DNA of 64,000 bases, taken from the NCBI GenBank assembly GCA_951406725.2, contig OX597828.1, positions 36,580,001 to 36,644,000 of the forward strand. The letters run 5' to 3'. Shown here piece after piece: positions 52,144 through 64,000 of the stretch; the stretch's first letter is position 1, and every line of letters begins with the position of its first letter. The notes beneath the pieces were generated by a model that did not search any database, was not told where the DNA came from, and worked only from the letters and a program-made list of their open reading frames with translations. The translations under genes and the position numbers were made by a program. The stretch comes from Octopus vulgaris. Lineage: Eukaryota.

Positions 52144-53199
52144 TATAGCGATTTTAAATTACCTCCCATTCAGATTACACTCCTGGGTAACTTGAAATCG
52201 CTTTTAGATTACCCCCGGGGGTAATTCAAAATCGATTTCAATTTAATCCCTACGATTTCAGATTATCCCCACCACAAATACTTCCCGAAATGTTCGTCAC
52301 CGTGACAGCAAACAGGAGAATCATTAGTATATCCCCCCCCCTTTCTTGCTGCTGCTTTTCCTCCTACTCTGCCTCCTGCTTCTCCTGCTACAGCTCCTCT
52401 TCCTCTTGCTCTTTTTCCTCCTCCTCCTGATCCTGTTCTTGCCCCTCCCGCTCCCGTGCTGCAGCTGCTCTTCCTCCTCCCTCTCCTCCTGCCGAAAACA
52501 GAAGCTGATTATAGTTGCATTGTTGTAGCAAAGGGTTACGTTTCCAAATTGTCTGAGGTTCGACCTTTGAAAGATCACACAGCAGCAAGTGTAATAAAGT
52601 TTCTCTTTGAGATACAGCATGAGTGTATAAAAATTCAGATAAATGACCAAGGAAGAGAATTTGTAAACAGAGTGTCTGCCGAACTACATAAACTGACAGG
52701 AACACAGCAACACATAACAAATGCTTATCACTCTCGGCAAATGGCCTCGTTGACCGACAGAATTGCACTATAAAAGATGCCTTTATCAAATCCCTTGAGG
52801 ACCGTGGCAACGGGGTTGAATGCTTGCCAGAAGTTCTGTTCGCGTATCGAACAGCCAAACATTCTTCAACACATTTTACCCCGTTTCAAATTTTATACAA
52901 CAGACAAGCTACACTTCAGTTGAACTGCAGCGCAACCCAACTGCCAAAGATCGGGACAGTTTTGGAAATGATCGATCTCTATCCACAAAAATTGATGTTA
53001 TGACAGCTATTCGAGGCGGTATCATTTCTCGAGATGCCTCCAATATTAGAAAAGCTCAGTCCGTTCAAAAAGAACAATACGATAGAAAACACGATCAACA
53101 ACAGTTCAGTAATGGAAATAAAGTTCTGCTCAGCATTTCAGATTATCATGAGGCTCCTTGAAATGGGGCTGGAGTGGTCGGTAAATCGAAATCTTTACA
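52144..53199 (+). mobile_element. Ginger1-like (Gypsy-integrase-related) DNA transposon remnant
   Basis: Integrase core IQINDQGREFVNRVSAELHKLTGTQQHITNAYHS; CCGG on both flanks (52140-52143, 53200-53203); imperfect TIR (14/20) ending ACA. Confidence 0.65.
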
Positions 53200-53599
53200 C
53201 CGGTTATTAATAATAAAACGCTTGCATACTTGTTTTAAGTTCTATTTTCGTGTTCGCAGCACTAAATCTAAAGGGACATAACTATATATTACAAACCAAA
53301 TCTATTTCATCGTTCCTTCGTATCTGACAATCCGTAACTTTATAAATTTTACAAACAATGGCTTTAGACAAGCTACAAGGTGAAACTTATTGGGGGCACA
53401 GGGGTAGTCAATCAAGTCGATTCCAAAATATTTTCAATGTCCCGTGAACAATGAAAAACAAGAGGACGTTGATACGAGTTAAACTTAGACTGTAAAGGGA
53501 CATAACCAAATAGTGTAAGTTATTTCGTCCGATACTGCACTTCTGACTGCTTGCTTTTTGCTCTTGCGTCAAATGAAAGTAAAACCCTGGTACTATGAC

Positions 53600-54190
53600 C
53601 CAGTGGGAGGCGGAGGACATGTCCGTACCAGCGCATGCGGTGGATAGCTATTAAGTGGAAGGCTGCTGGCTGATGCGTTCGCGCAAGCAGTTCTTTGTTA
53701 GGAACGGTATCATAGGAATTGTATCATCTGAAGTTCTCTATGATTCTCAGAGCTCTGCTATCGAAAACATCGATCCTTTTTTTCAGTGTCTTCAAGACGG
53801 TCCACGTTTCTGCTGCATAAAGGAGAATGTAGAAAGCCAATGCATTGTAGATGCGGAGATTCATCTTCCTGGATGTAGAGAGGTAGCTCCAAAGGGTCTG
53901 CCATAAGGAGTACACGACTTCGGCGGCCAGACTACATCTGCTGTTGACCTCCAGAGTCAGCTCTCCATTGTTGGGGAAAGTGAAGCCAAGGTGGATGAAG
54001 GAACTGACAAACGCCACGATATCGAGGCCAGTATGGAGAAGGGAGGGTCCTATCCATCTCCGACATGCATCAGCTTGGCTTTCGTCAAACGCACCTGCAG
54101 GCTAAGCGTTTCTGATTCTTCTCTGTATATTGTCAGTGCATCCCTGATCTGGTCGATCAAGGTGATATTGTCCGCATCATCGAAAGCTAT
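53600..54190 (-). mobile_element. RTE-clade LINE RT fragment
   Basis: FDDADNI..., FIHLG, NLRIYNAL..ILLYAAETW, RIDVFDSRALR. Confidence 0.75.
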
Positions 54191-54498
54191 ATTTTTTAAA
54201 AATGTAACTGTACAGAATCGATAGTAATTTTTTAGTAGAGTTAATAACCAGATAAGTGATTTAAGGCCCGGAGAGGCCAAGCAAATTATTGTCTACATCG
54301 CATTTTTAACTTTTTTTTATAGAACGTTTACGGATACTTCTACACCGGAATATATAGGAAGGATAAAGTTTCCAGGATATTTCCGAACTGAAGAAGAACA
54401 AAAGGAATGGGTGAATATATCCAAGAAACATGATGTAGGAAGCGTATGTTGCAAATCGTAAGTGTGTACTATATTTGTACGTGCTTGATCACGCAGAT

Positions 54499-54599
<101 letters not shown>

Positions 54600-55866
54600 C
54601 GCATGCATACATACAGGTACACAAACATCTACGCATGCACGTGCACAAATAGATGAACATAAACAGATACTGATGTAATTTAAAAACAGGAAATAACAGA
54701 CATGCATAGATCAATGCAAACTGTGTGAAACTGAAACTGAAAATAGGACAACGTAAGCACTTGAGCTTATGTTATGCAGCCATCAATACACGAGGCGTGT
54801 TGTAGTGGTCAGAACATTATACAATGTAATTCGTAGAAAGAATATTCCTGCAAATGCTTTTAAACACTTACATATAAATATACATAAATACATTGGTGTG
54901 GATGAATGTCAGCGTAAATGATGGGATACAACCGAGAAGCGATGTCGCGTTGAGAATTCAGCAAACAACGACCAAGGATTAAATGTCTGGATCTAGAATG
55001 ATCCATATAATTCAGAAATATAAATAATATGTGTTATTTAGATATTATAAATATTAGGATTATTAAAAGATTATAAATTTGCATCGCTGGATTTAAGGAG
55101 ACGTTCATCTTTACATAATCTAGCATCAACAGTCCGGTGTTTCTAGAAATATAGTTATTGTTTGTTGTTTGTTAGTGTGTTAGATCGAGGAAAAGCTTAA
55201 TCGAGTAGGCCCCTGCCGAAAGGTTTCCCAGCTGGAACAAATTTAGCCTTTTCTCCTTTCGATCTGGTATATTTCGGATAATTTATTCAAGATGTACTTC
55301 CGATCTTTTAAAATGCTAGGCTAATGAATGAGAAGCTACTTCCAAAACATGAAACAGATACGGGGATACGTAAAAGGTGTAAGAACCTGTTGGGAATCGT
55401 CAGTGTTGAAAAGCGTAGTGAATATTTTCTTTTAGGAATTCATAGATTTGCAAATTATAATGCTTCAGACTTACGGCTTATACATTTTATTTTTCATAGA
55501 GCTTCTAGAGAACTTCGAAGAGGTGGATTGAAATTAAAGTGTGGCTAAAATTTCGCCAGTAGGTGAGGGATACTTTGCTCTTGCCGTTGAATATCCCTCA
55601 TCATCTCGAAGGAATATATTTAAAGAAATGACATTGTAAAATAATCCTTGACCTGTAATTCGTGGGGAGAGGGCTAGTTAATTACATCGACTCCAGTGTT
55701 TCACTGGTACTTAATTTATCGACCCCGAAGAGATCAAAGTTAGATTCGACCTCAGCAGAATTTGAACTCAGAACACAGCGACGGACTAAGCATTTAGCTA
55801 AGCATTTCGTGCAGCGTGCGAACGATTCTGCTTGCTCTCTAATCTTAAATAAAGAGATGCCATATA

Positions 55867-57158
55867 TTAGGTTGGCAACTAAGCTCCCGCCGTTTTTTAA
55901 AATTTAAATTAAAAAAAAATTTGAATAAAAAAATAACAACTAATTAATCAATAATGTATTCACTCTTGTTGTTTAGAACTTCTTCCCAACGTTCAATATG
56001 GTTTTTCAATACCTCGTTGGTAGAAATGACCCAATTGATCGAACCAAGCTTTCAATTCTGCATTAGTATTGAACAAAACTCCGCGCATAGCATTTAAAAG
56101 AGATGAAAAGAGGTGCAAATCCGTTGGTGCCAAATAAGGAGAGTACGGCAGGTGTGGTAGCACATCCCAGCCACGTGTTTGAACGGCTTCCTTGGTCATA
56201 TTGGCGATATGAGGGCGGGCGCTGTCGTGCAGCAGAAGAACTCTATGCTGCCGATTAGGTCTTTTCTCTTGAATAGCCGTGTTGAGTCATTCCATCTGTT
56301 GAACATAGAGTTCCGCGTTGACCGTTTGGTTCCGTTCAAGCAATTCGTAATGGATAATCCCTTCCCAGTCCCACCATTCGCACAATATCGTTTTACGCGG
56401 ATGAAGATCTTGTTTCCCGCACGGTGTCGCTTTTTTACCGGGGCTAAGCCATTTCTTACGTTGCTTCATATTGATGTAGAGGCAGCATTTTCCGTCGACA
56501 ACAACGATTCGGTAAAGAAATCGTTGCCTGTGTTCATGATTTGAGGGTGACGAGCAAGAAAACCAGCGGAGATTGTGGCTCGTTGACTTTTGTTGTTGCA
56601 ACTTAACGCATGCGGAACCCACGCTCCATACTTCTGAATCTTCCTCATCGAGTGAAGATGCTTCTCTATAGCAGTGTGGGAACATTCCATTTTCTCTGCC
56701 AGTTCTCTTGTCGTTCGACGAGAATTTTCGAGCAAAATGTGGTTTAATTGCTCTTCATCGAACTCAACTGGACGGTCAGATCGAGGTGCGTCTTTGGGGT
56801 GAAAATTTTCCATTTTTGAACTTGGCATACCAATGACAAATGGTTCTTTCAGCTATGGCACCCTCTCTATACACAGCACAAATGTCGCGAGAAGCTTTTG
56901 TGGCCTTAGAACCTTGATTAAAAGCAAAAAGAAGGAGGTTTCGAAAATGCTCGTTTTTTATAACTTGACATTCCATTTTAATGATATGAAAATAAGCAAA
57001 AATTAATTGAAATTAACTAGAAAAACAAAACCAAAAAAGAAAATAGATTCCAAAATGATTCAAAAATAGAATTCTCGAAAAAAAAATATTATAAAATTTA
57101 AAAACCCAATAAATTCCAAAATAAAAAAAAATCGGTGGCAACTTAGTTGCCAGTCCAA
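55867..57158 (-). mobile_element. Mariner (DD34D) transposon, full length, frameshifted
   Basis: TA-flanked TIRs ttaggttggcaactaag / cttagttgccagtccaa; APRS(G)RP, WVPHAL, GIIHYELL, HLPYSPYLAPTDLHLF. Confidence 0.93.
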
Positions 57159-58670
57159 TAATTAGGAGTATGGTTTTGGCTACACGTTATTCCAGTATTC
57201 AAAACATAAACATGATTTTGATGCTAAACATTTCAGTGCCGTACTAAACCACTCAAATGCTTAGCTTTCTTCTCTACTTTACGATCTGTAATGTGAACAT
57301 CATGTCTCTTTGTTCATTGGTAATTTGATTGGAGGAAAGCTTGAGCTACTGTGAGAATTGGTAAGGCTCCAAATTGCAATACAGCATGTTTGGAGAGGAA
57401 TTATTAAATTTTGAACAAATTTTTATGTAAGAGCGTCTTATTGTATTTTGAAGAAATGTTTCTTGGACAACTCCGATTCAAATGGAAGACATCACAGGAA
57501 GTATGCGAGACATTGCACAATACCAAAATCTGAAACAATTTTACTATACAAATCAGTGCAAGTGAGTATTTTTCTTGAATTCTGTTACTATTTTTATTTT
57601 TAGGGGGAATCATGAATATTTCACGGAATTAATGGTAAACCCATTGGGCTATTTTTGAAAACTTTATTCCTCTGTTGTCTCTGTATGGAAAGAAAGTTGC
57701 TCATCTGCTACTCATTGAAAAGTGAAAGAAATTGGGATGCAATGAGTACTTGATGCATTTTATGCAGAATACGCGCTCTCTCAAAGGTGTCGACTCCCTC
57801 CTTAACACTACATACACGACCTCTTATTTATATTTACACATACGCATGCACCCACTGCTACTACATGTATATGAACGTGAATTGTATTTTTTACAGACAA
57901 ACAACTGACTGTAATATATGCACGTGCGAGAATCAGAACGTTTTAGTTTCCTTGGTCTACCAATACAGCAGCGATGGAGGTGAAGTTCAGCAAGCTGTCG
58001 GAAGGTTCCCTGCAATCCAGTGCTGCATATGTGTACGAATATAACTTCAAATATTTTGTATTAGCAGTTCACATTTAAAACAGAAATCAACTTTTCAATA
58101 AAGACACGCATAACCTGCTACTTCCGTCTCACTCTGTGTCGGTCTGTCCGCTTGCCTGCCTGTCTGACTATCTGTCTACACGTCTGCTCGTCTGTCACTG
58201 TCTGAGCAAGTGACTTCTTTTACAGCCAGGCGTCGACGAAAGTCTTGTGGTTAGGTGTGCTTGATAGAAACAGAAAAAAGCTCATTCTATATATAAGTAA
58301 TACATAATGTTTTACCTCGTCATTTCATACCTCTTCCCACTCCATCCTCTTTAAACTAAATTACTGTCTTTTTCCCTCATCCTTCACACTTTCACCTTCT
58401 GTCACACAGTAACTTTGCTTTTCTCTTTCTTACTTTTCCTTCCTTTCCTTTAAATTTTCTTTTTATCGGGATATATTTTTATCATTTTTCCCCCCTCATT
58501 CTAATCTCAATTGCATGTTTTAATCTTTAATTTAAATTTTGGTTTCTTTTATATTTTAATTTTATTACTTGTTATTTCTCATGCTTGACATAGTCTGTAT
58601 CATCCTGTTAATTTTTCAGTCGTATCTACAACATAACTTTTACATAATGTTTTTCGAATCAAATATTACT

Positions 58671-58726
<56 letters not shown>

Positions 58727-58728
<2 letters not shown>

Positions 58729-61015
58729 AATTGAGATAGGGGTTGTAAATGCAACCCTCCATGTGATAACATATATCCAATATACTGCTAGTGAAGTACC
58801 CAACAAAGTTAATACATAAATGTTAATGATTGCGATGCAGTCAATTCATTTACTGTATTATATGGGCAAAGGTAAAATGATTTACCACAAATTACTAATA
58901 CAAGATAAGAAAATGGAGAAATACATCTAAATCAGATATCAATTACCAGATAATACTCAATCACATACTTTATTAAACCACCACATAAGAGACTGTAGGG
59001 TTAAATATAAAAAGCAGAACAAGTCAGTGTACATAAAGGAATGTACATAAAAAAGTGTACATAAAAGGGTAATGTTGTATAATAAGTAGAATATATAGAA
59101 AAGAGAATATAAATATAAGTAAATATAAATATAAGTATAGATTACATCTTACAGCTGTTTCGGCCATGTAGATAAGTATGTCTCATTTTACCAATATTAG
59201 CCCTTTATGGTTGGTCAATATATAGATATAAATGAGACATTTACAAAAATATCGTAAGGCCTCGGATCCTAATGTAAGCGTTATTAATAATATTATGAAT
59301 GATAATAATGGTAACATTAATAGTATTGACAACGATAATGATGCTAACTTTAATGACACTTTAGAAATTATTATGAAGTAATATAATGTACTATTGACTA
59401 TGTATATTTGCATCTAGGTACTAATTTGTGTATGTTTATTATCACAATATTAAGTCGAAAAACTGAGACATTGGATGTGGAGCACATATATATGTTTATT
59501 AATTTATATTATTTATTTATATCATTATGTATATGTATATTTTTATATGTATAAGAGTGTGAGTATATGCACTCATATGTATATGTATATGTTGTATTAT
59601 GGGTATGCACCCACACCCATGCGGGTATATATGTAGACTGATTTATATTATATAATCTCCGAAGAGGCCTTATGATATTTTTGTAAATGTCTCATTAATA
59701 TTTTTACGAACCACCTGCCGTCGCTCAAACTCTTCGGGAAAACCCCGGGACCCTACCAAGTCGTGCGTCGACGATTTACCGGCCCGATCGATAGGAGAAT
59801 TCGCCATGGACTCAGGGAGAGAGAGAATTCGGTGGGGGAAGAGGTGGCAGCGAACTCGGCAGGACCGGCGACCGGAGAGAACAACAACAACAAACAACAG
59901 GAAGAGATACAAAGAGAGACGGCGGAAGGCAATTGGCTACATTTAACAACAGTAGTTTATAACAATTATTACAATATCAAATAAAATACATGCAAGAAAA
60001 CAACGAATCAAATTAAAGCATGCAGATACAATATACGGTTCAGATCAATTAAAACAAATAACGTTCACATTAACGATACAGTTCAAAGTTCTTTAAAGTC
60101 TACATTAGAGTCTTTCTCCTTCTCTCTTTCTTTAACAACAACTCTTTTACTTAATTCACAATGTCTTTACACAGTTCTTTCTTTGCTTTCCACAATTCTG
60201 TAACAGTTCTTTTCACATATCAAACAAATAAACATACCGTTACGAGCTACTACAATAGCCAAATGCCCTCATACCGTAGTCCCTCTCTCTCGCTCCCTAA
60301 TCCTATGTGTATGTCCCTCTCCACGTTGTCGCCGCCTCTCGCCGTGATCTTATCTGCCTGTCCTCCTCTTTCACATTCACTGTCATTCTCTCGCTTGTCA
60401 ACTCCTCAGATTCCCTGTCTGTCTTCCTCTACGCTGTCCTCGTATCAGTCCCGTCTCTGCTAGAGCTGCCGGCCGACTGTGTTCCAAATTCACAGCTCGT
60501 TCGCTTTTTAAAGGGTAGTTTCCTCGAACTTTCCCTGACCAGCACAAGGCCAAAGGTCGCCTCAAAACTAATTAATCCTTCCAGTATCTGACGGAACAAA
60601 GGACAATAACTTTGTATTCCAGACTTTCAGACTACAACGAGCAGAGTTGGTCATAGCATTTGTTTCCCGAATTGACCTACTCATATCAATATCTATATAT
60701 TGACCAACCATAAAGGGCTAATATTGGTAAAATGAGACATACTTATCTACATGGCCGAAACAGCTGTTAGATGTAATCTATACTTATATTTATATTTACT
60801 TATATTTATATTCTCTTTTATATATATTCTACTTATTATACAACATTACCCTTTTATGTACACTTTTTTATATACATTCCTTTATGTACACTGACTTGTT
60901 TTGCTTTTTATATTTAACCCTACAGTCTCTTATGTGGTGGTTTAATAAAGTATGTGATTGAGTATTATCTGGTAATTGATTTCTGATTTAGATGTATTTC
61001 TCCATTTTCTTATCT

Positions 61016-61020
<5 letters not shown>
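58727..61020. repeat. Penelope-type inverted pLTR module inserted in (TA)n
   Basis: About 58900-59260 is inverted at 59665-59700 + 60689-61018; hammerhead halves ccgaagaggcc and ggccgaaacagctgt. Confidence 0.75.
59702..60688. mobile_element. Probable solo LTR (987 bp)
   Basis: Clean insertion relative to the inverted arm; ATAT 4-bp TSD; ends in CA, left end ttttac (TG not preserved); no coding capacity. Confidence 0.65.
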
Positions 61021-61060
<40 letters not shown>

Positions 61061-61349
61061 CTTTCCGCCATGGTCAATCGGACATGTCTCTCACTGTAAA
61101 CCACTGCTGTATCAAAAGTTGCCCAATCTGCGTTAAATGCTTATTCGTTGAAACTGCTATCCATAGACACTTATAGATATTCACAATTAATTGAAATTTT
61201 CTTCATTCGCCTGTCTTGTCAGAACTGCATGATGAACAGTCATGTGTAACTGCGAGTAACAGTATGTGAAGTTTTGTTTGGCCTTAATAAAATTGTATTT
61301 CACTCTACCTTTGGTCTTCGAGTACTATTTTTTCCACCTTGTTTTGCAT

Positions 61350-61697
61350 TTCGAGGAAATCACCCCAGGACTTATTCTTTGTAAGCCTAGTACTTATTCT
61401 ATCTTTTTGCCGACCCGCTAAGTTACGGGGGACGTACACACACAACAGCATTGGTTGCCAAGCGATGCTGGCTGTGGGGGGTGGGTGGCGTTAAACACCG
61501 ACACAAATCACACACACATATATACATACATACACATATATACAACGGGCTTCTTTCAGTTTCCGTCTCCCAGATCCTCTCACAAGGCTTTGGTCGACCC
61601 GAGGCTATAGTAGAAGATACCTCCACAAGATGCCACGGAGTGGGACTGAACCTGGAACCATGTGGTTGGTAAGTAAGCTACACCAACTCTTGCGCCT
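61350..61697 (-). mobile_element. tRNA-derived SINE family A copy
   Basis: Reverse complement of the family A head and body. Confidence 0.82.
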
Positions 61698-61813
61698 ATG
61701 ATTAGTAAATAATATGTATGTATGTATATATATACATATATGGGTGTGTGTGTATATATGTATGTGTATATATATATATATATCTATACTAATATATATA
61801 TGTATATATATGA

Positions 61814-61859
<46 letters not shown>

Positions 61860-62359
61860 GAATATATATATATATATATGTATGTATGTATATATATACT
61901 TATATAGAAACACACAAAAACACTTATATTTATATATATATATACTTATATACATACATAATATATGTGTGTATATATATAAATATATACTTATATACAT
62001 ATATACTTATATACACACACACACGCACATATATATATATGCACACACTTATATACATCATCATCATCATTTAACGCCCGCTTTCCCAGCTAGAATGGGT
62101 TGGACGATTTGACTGAGGACTGACGAACCAGATGGCTGCACCAGGCTGCCATCTGCCCTGGCAGAGTTTCGAGTTTCTACAGCTGGATGCCCTTCCTAAC
62201 GCCAACCACTCTGGGAGTGTAGTGGGTGCTTTTTCGTGCCACCAGCATGAGGGCCAGTCTGGTGGTACAGGCAACAACCACGCTCAAATGGCGTTTTTTA
62301 CGTGCCACCTGCACAGATATATATATATATATACTGATATTCATCATACACACACACAC

Positions 62360-62420
<61 letters not shown>

Positions 62421-62437
62421 GATAGATATAAATATAC

Positions 62438-62464
<27 letters not shown>

Positions 62465-62469
<5 letters not shown>

Positions 62470-63460
62470 ATGGTGTATTTGATGTGTGGGTACTCTATTT
62501 TTTCGTTGTTTGGAAAAATACTTCGTATCCATATTTTTGTTTATATGTTTTCGTTTCTCATTTATGCATGTATATATACATATAGATGTAGGTATGTACA
62601 TATATGAATGTATATATATACATATATTTATATATTATATGATCGAACGTCACGCATCCTTTTCCAAGTAAGTTTTATCTTAATTATTATGATGCGCACT
62701 CTTCAACTTTTACTAATTCTCCTTTGTGTATCTCTCTCAGTGTCTTGTTCTTCATCCTTTCTGGCTTTCTCTCCCACGCTTCCCTATTCTTCTCCTCTCC
62801 CCCTTACCGTTCCCTCTTTCATACTCCTCGTCCTCCTCTACTCTCTCGTCAGTGACACGTGACCAGGGGGATGCCATTTTTCCTACTAGTATCTTCACCG
62901 AGACAAGACGGCTGATCCTATCCCTCTCATAAGCTGTCTCCTTAATGCGTTCAAAATAATTTTTCCTTCGTCTTGGCTTAACAACCCCCATCCTTTGTTT
63001 TTACTCTGTTATTCTCTTTGTCCCTGTCTTTTACTGTTTTTAATTGTATTGTTTTTACTGTCTTGTTTTGTTCTTACTGTTCTGTTCTTGTTACCACTTT
63101 TACCCCTCCGCAAAAAATCCCAAATTTGATTTAATTTGCTTTGCGGAAAGGACTATTTCAACGAAGTCGCGTCTTGTCCTTACCTTCGAAATGCGGAGTA
63201 GACGAAACTGGGGAAAACTTACGAAGGGTCATATTCCTCGTGTTGAATGTCTTGTACTATGTTATTTCGTTGTTTGAAAAAAAGTTCGTTCCCATGTCTT
63301 TGTTTTTATACTTTCGTTTCTCATTGTGTTCAAAGTTTTTTTGATGTCCTGTACCCACGTATGCATGTATATATACATATATATGCAGGTATGTAGATAT
63401 ACGTATGTATATATGCATATATTTACATATTATGTACATTATTACATGATCGAACGTCAA
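62465..63460 (+). repeat. Second copy of the terminally redundant about 800-bp element
   Basis: Reverse-complement match to 20586-21500; 62500-62650 recurs at about 63265-63460; (TA)n flanks. Confidence 0.75.
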
Positions 63461-63493
63461 GTAAGTTTTATCTTATATATATATATCTTATAT

Positions 63494-63536
<43 letters not shown>

Positions 63537-63543
63537 TATATCT

Positions 63544-63619
<76 letters not shown>

Positions 63620-64000
63620 AATTGAGGGAGATAAATTAATATTAATTTTAATATCATTTTAAAACCGGTAGTCCAGCATTCAAAAAATCTGAGGAGTCAG
63701 AGAAAATTCAAATATATGTGTATATTGGCAGGGCTGGCCTGCTAGGTAGCCGGCCAGAATGCTAGAAATAGATCATCAACGATCAAACTACAAGGGAAAT
63801 TCTCTAGAGGAAGAATTCAGCGAACACCAGAACCAAATTTGGCGGGCAGGACATATGAAAAATTAAATAAAAAACAGACTTAAATGCATTCTCCCTCAAT
63901 TTTTAAATATTTAAATAAATACGTTCCCTAGTAGTAAGCTTTACCCGCAGTGAATTATTCACTGCAGCCCTTCGCTTCAGGAGTCTCTTAGCGCGCCGGA

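Noticed and set aside
57787-58044. Possible plus-strand coding exon (QTTDCNICTCENQ...)
   Set aside because: An acceptor-like site is present but there is no recognisable homology or partner exon

Overview
Eukaryotic, AT-rich, repeat-saturated genomic DNA. The tRNA-derived SINE families, (TA)n/(CA)n/(GAT)n load and LINE mix look like a coleoid cephalopod, probably Octopus (inference, not verified). The one host gene I can support is missed by the ORF track: the 5' part of MAP2K5 (MEK5) on the minus strand. It has seven GT-AG coding exons between 17830 and 2220 that splice in frame into a PB1 domain, linker and kinase Gly-loop; the rest of the gene lies left of the window. The remainder is a nested mobile-element landscape. 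It includes a full-length Tx1/L1-clade LINE with a 10-bp TSD inside a non-autonomous Helitron, and an ORF1-only (HAL1-like) relative of that LINE split by a DD41D Tc1/mariner. Also present are a decayed Penelope-like element, several (TA)n-flanked Penelope-type terminal-repeat modules with degenerate hammerhead motifs, a Ginger1-like remnant, mariners, MITEs, a solo LTR, RTE/CR1/Gypsy fragments and many SINEs. The best candidate for something undescribed is a three-member retroposon system: the autonomous Tx1 LINE, the ORF1-only element and a SINE family share a 3' tail with a covarying hairpin. A second candidate is a cassette exon in MAP2K5 that would truncate after PB1 and supply an in-frame ATG for a PB1-less kinase.
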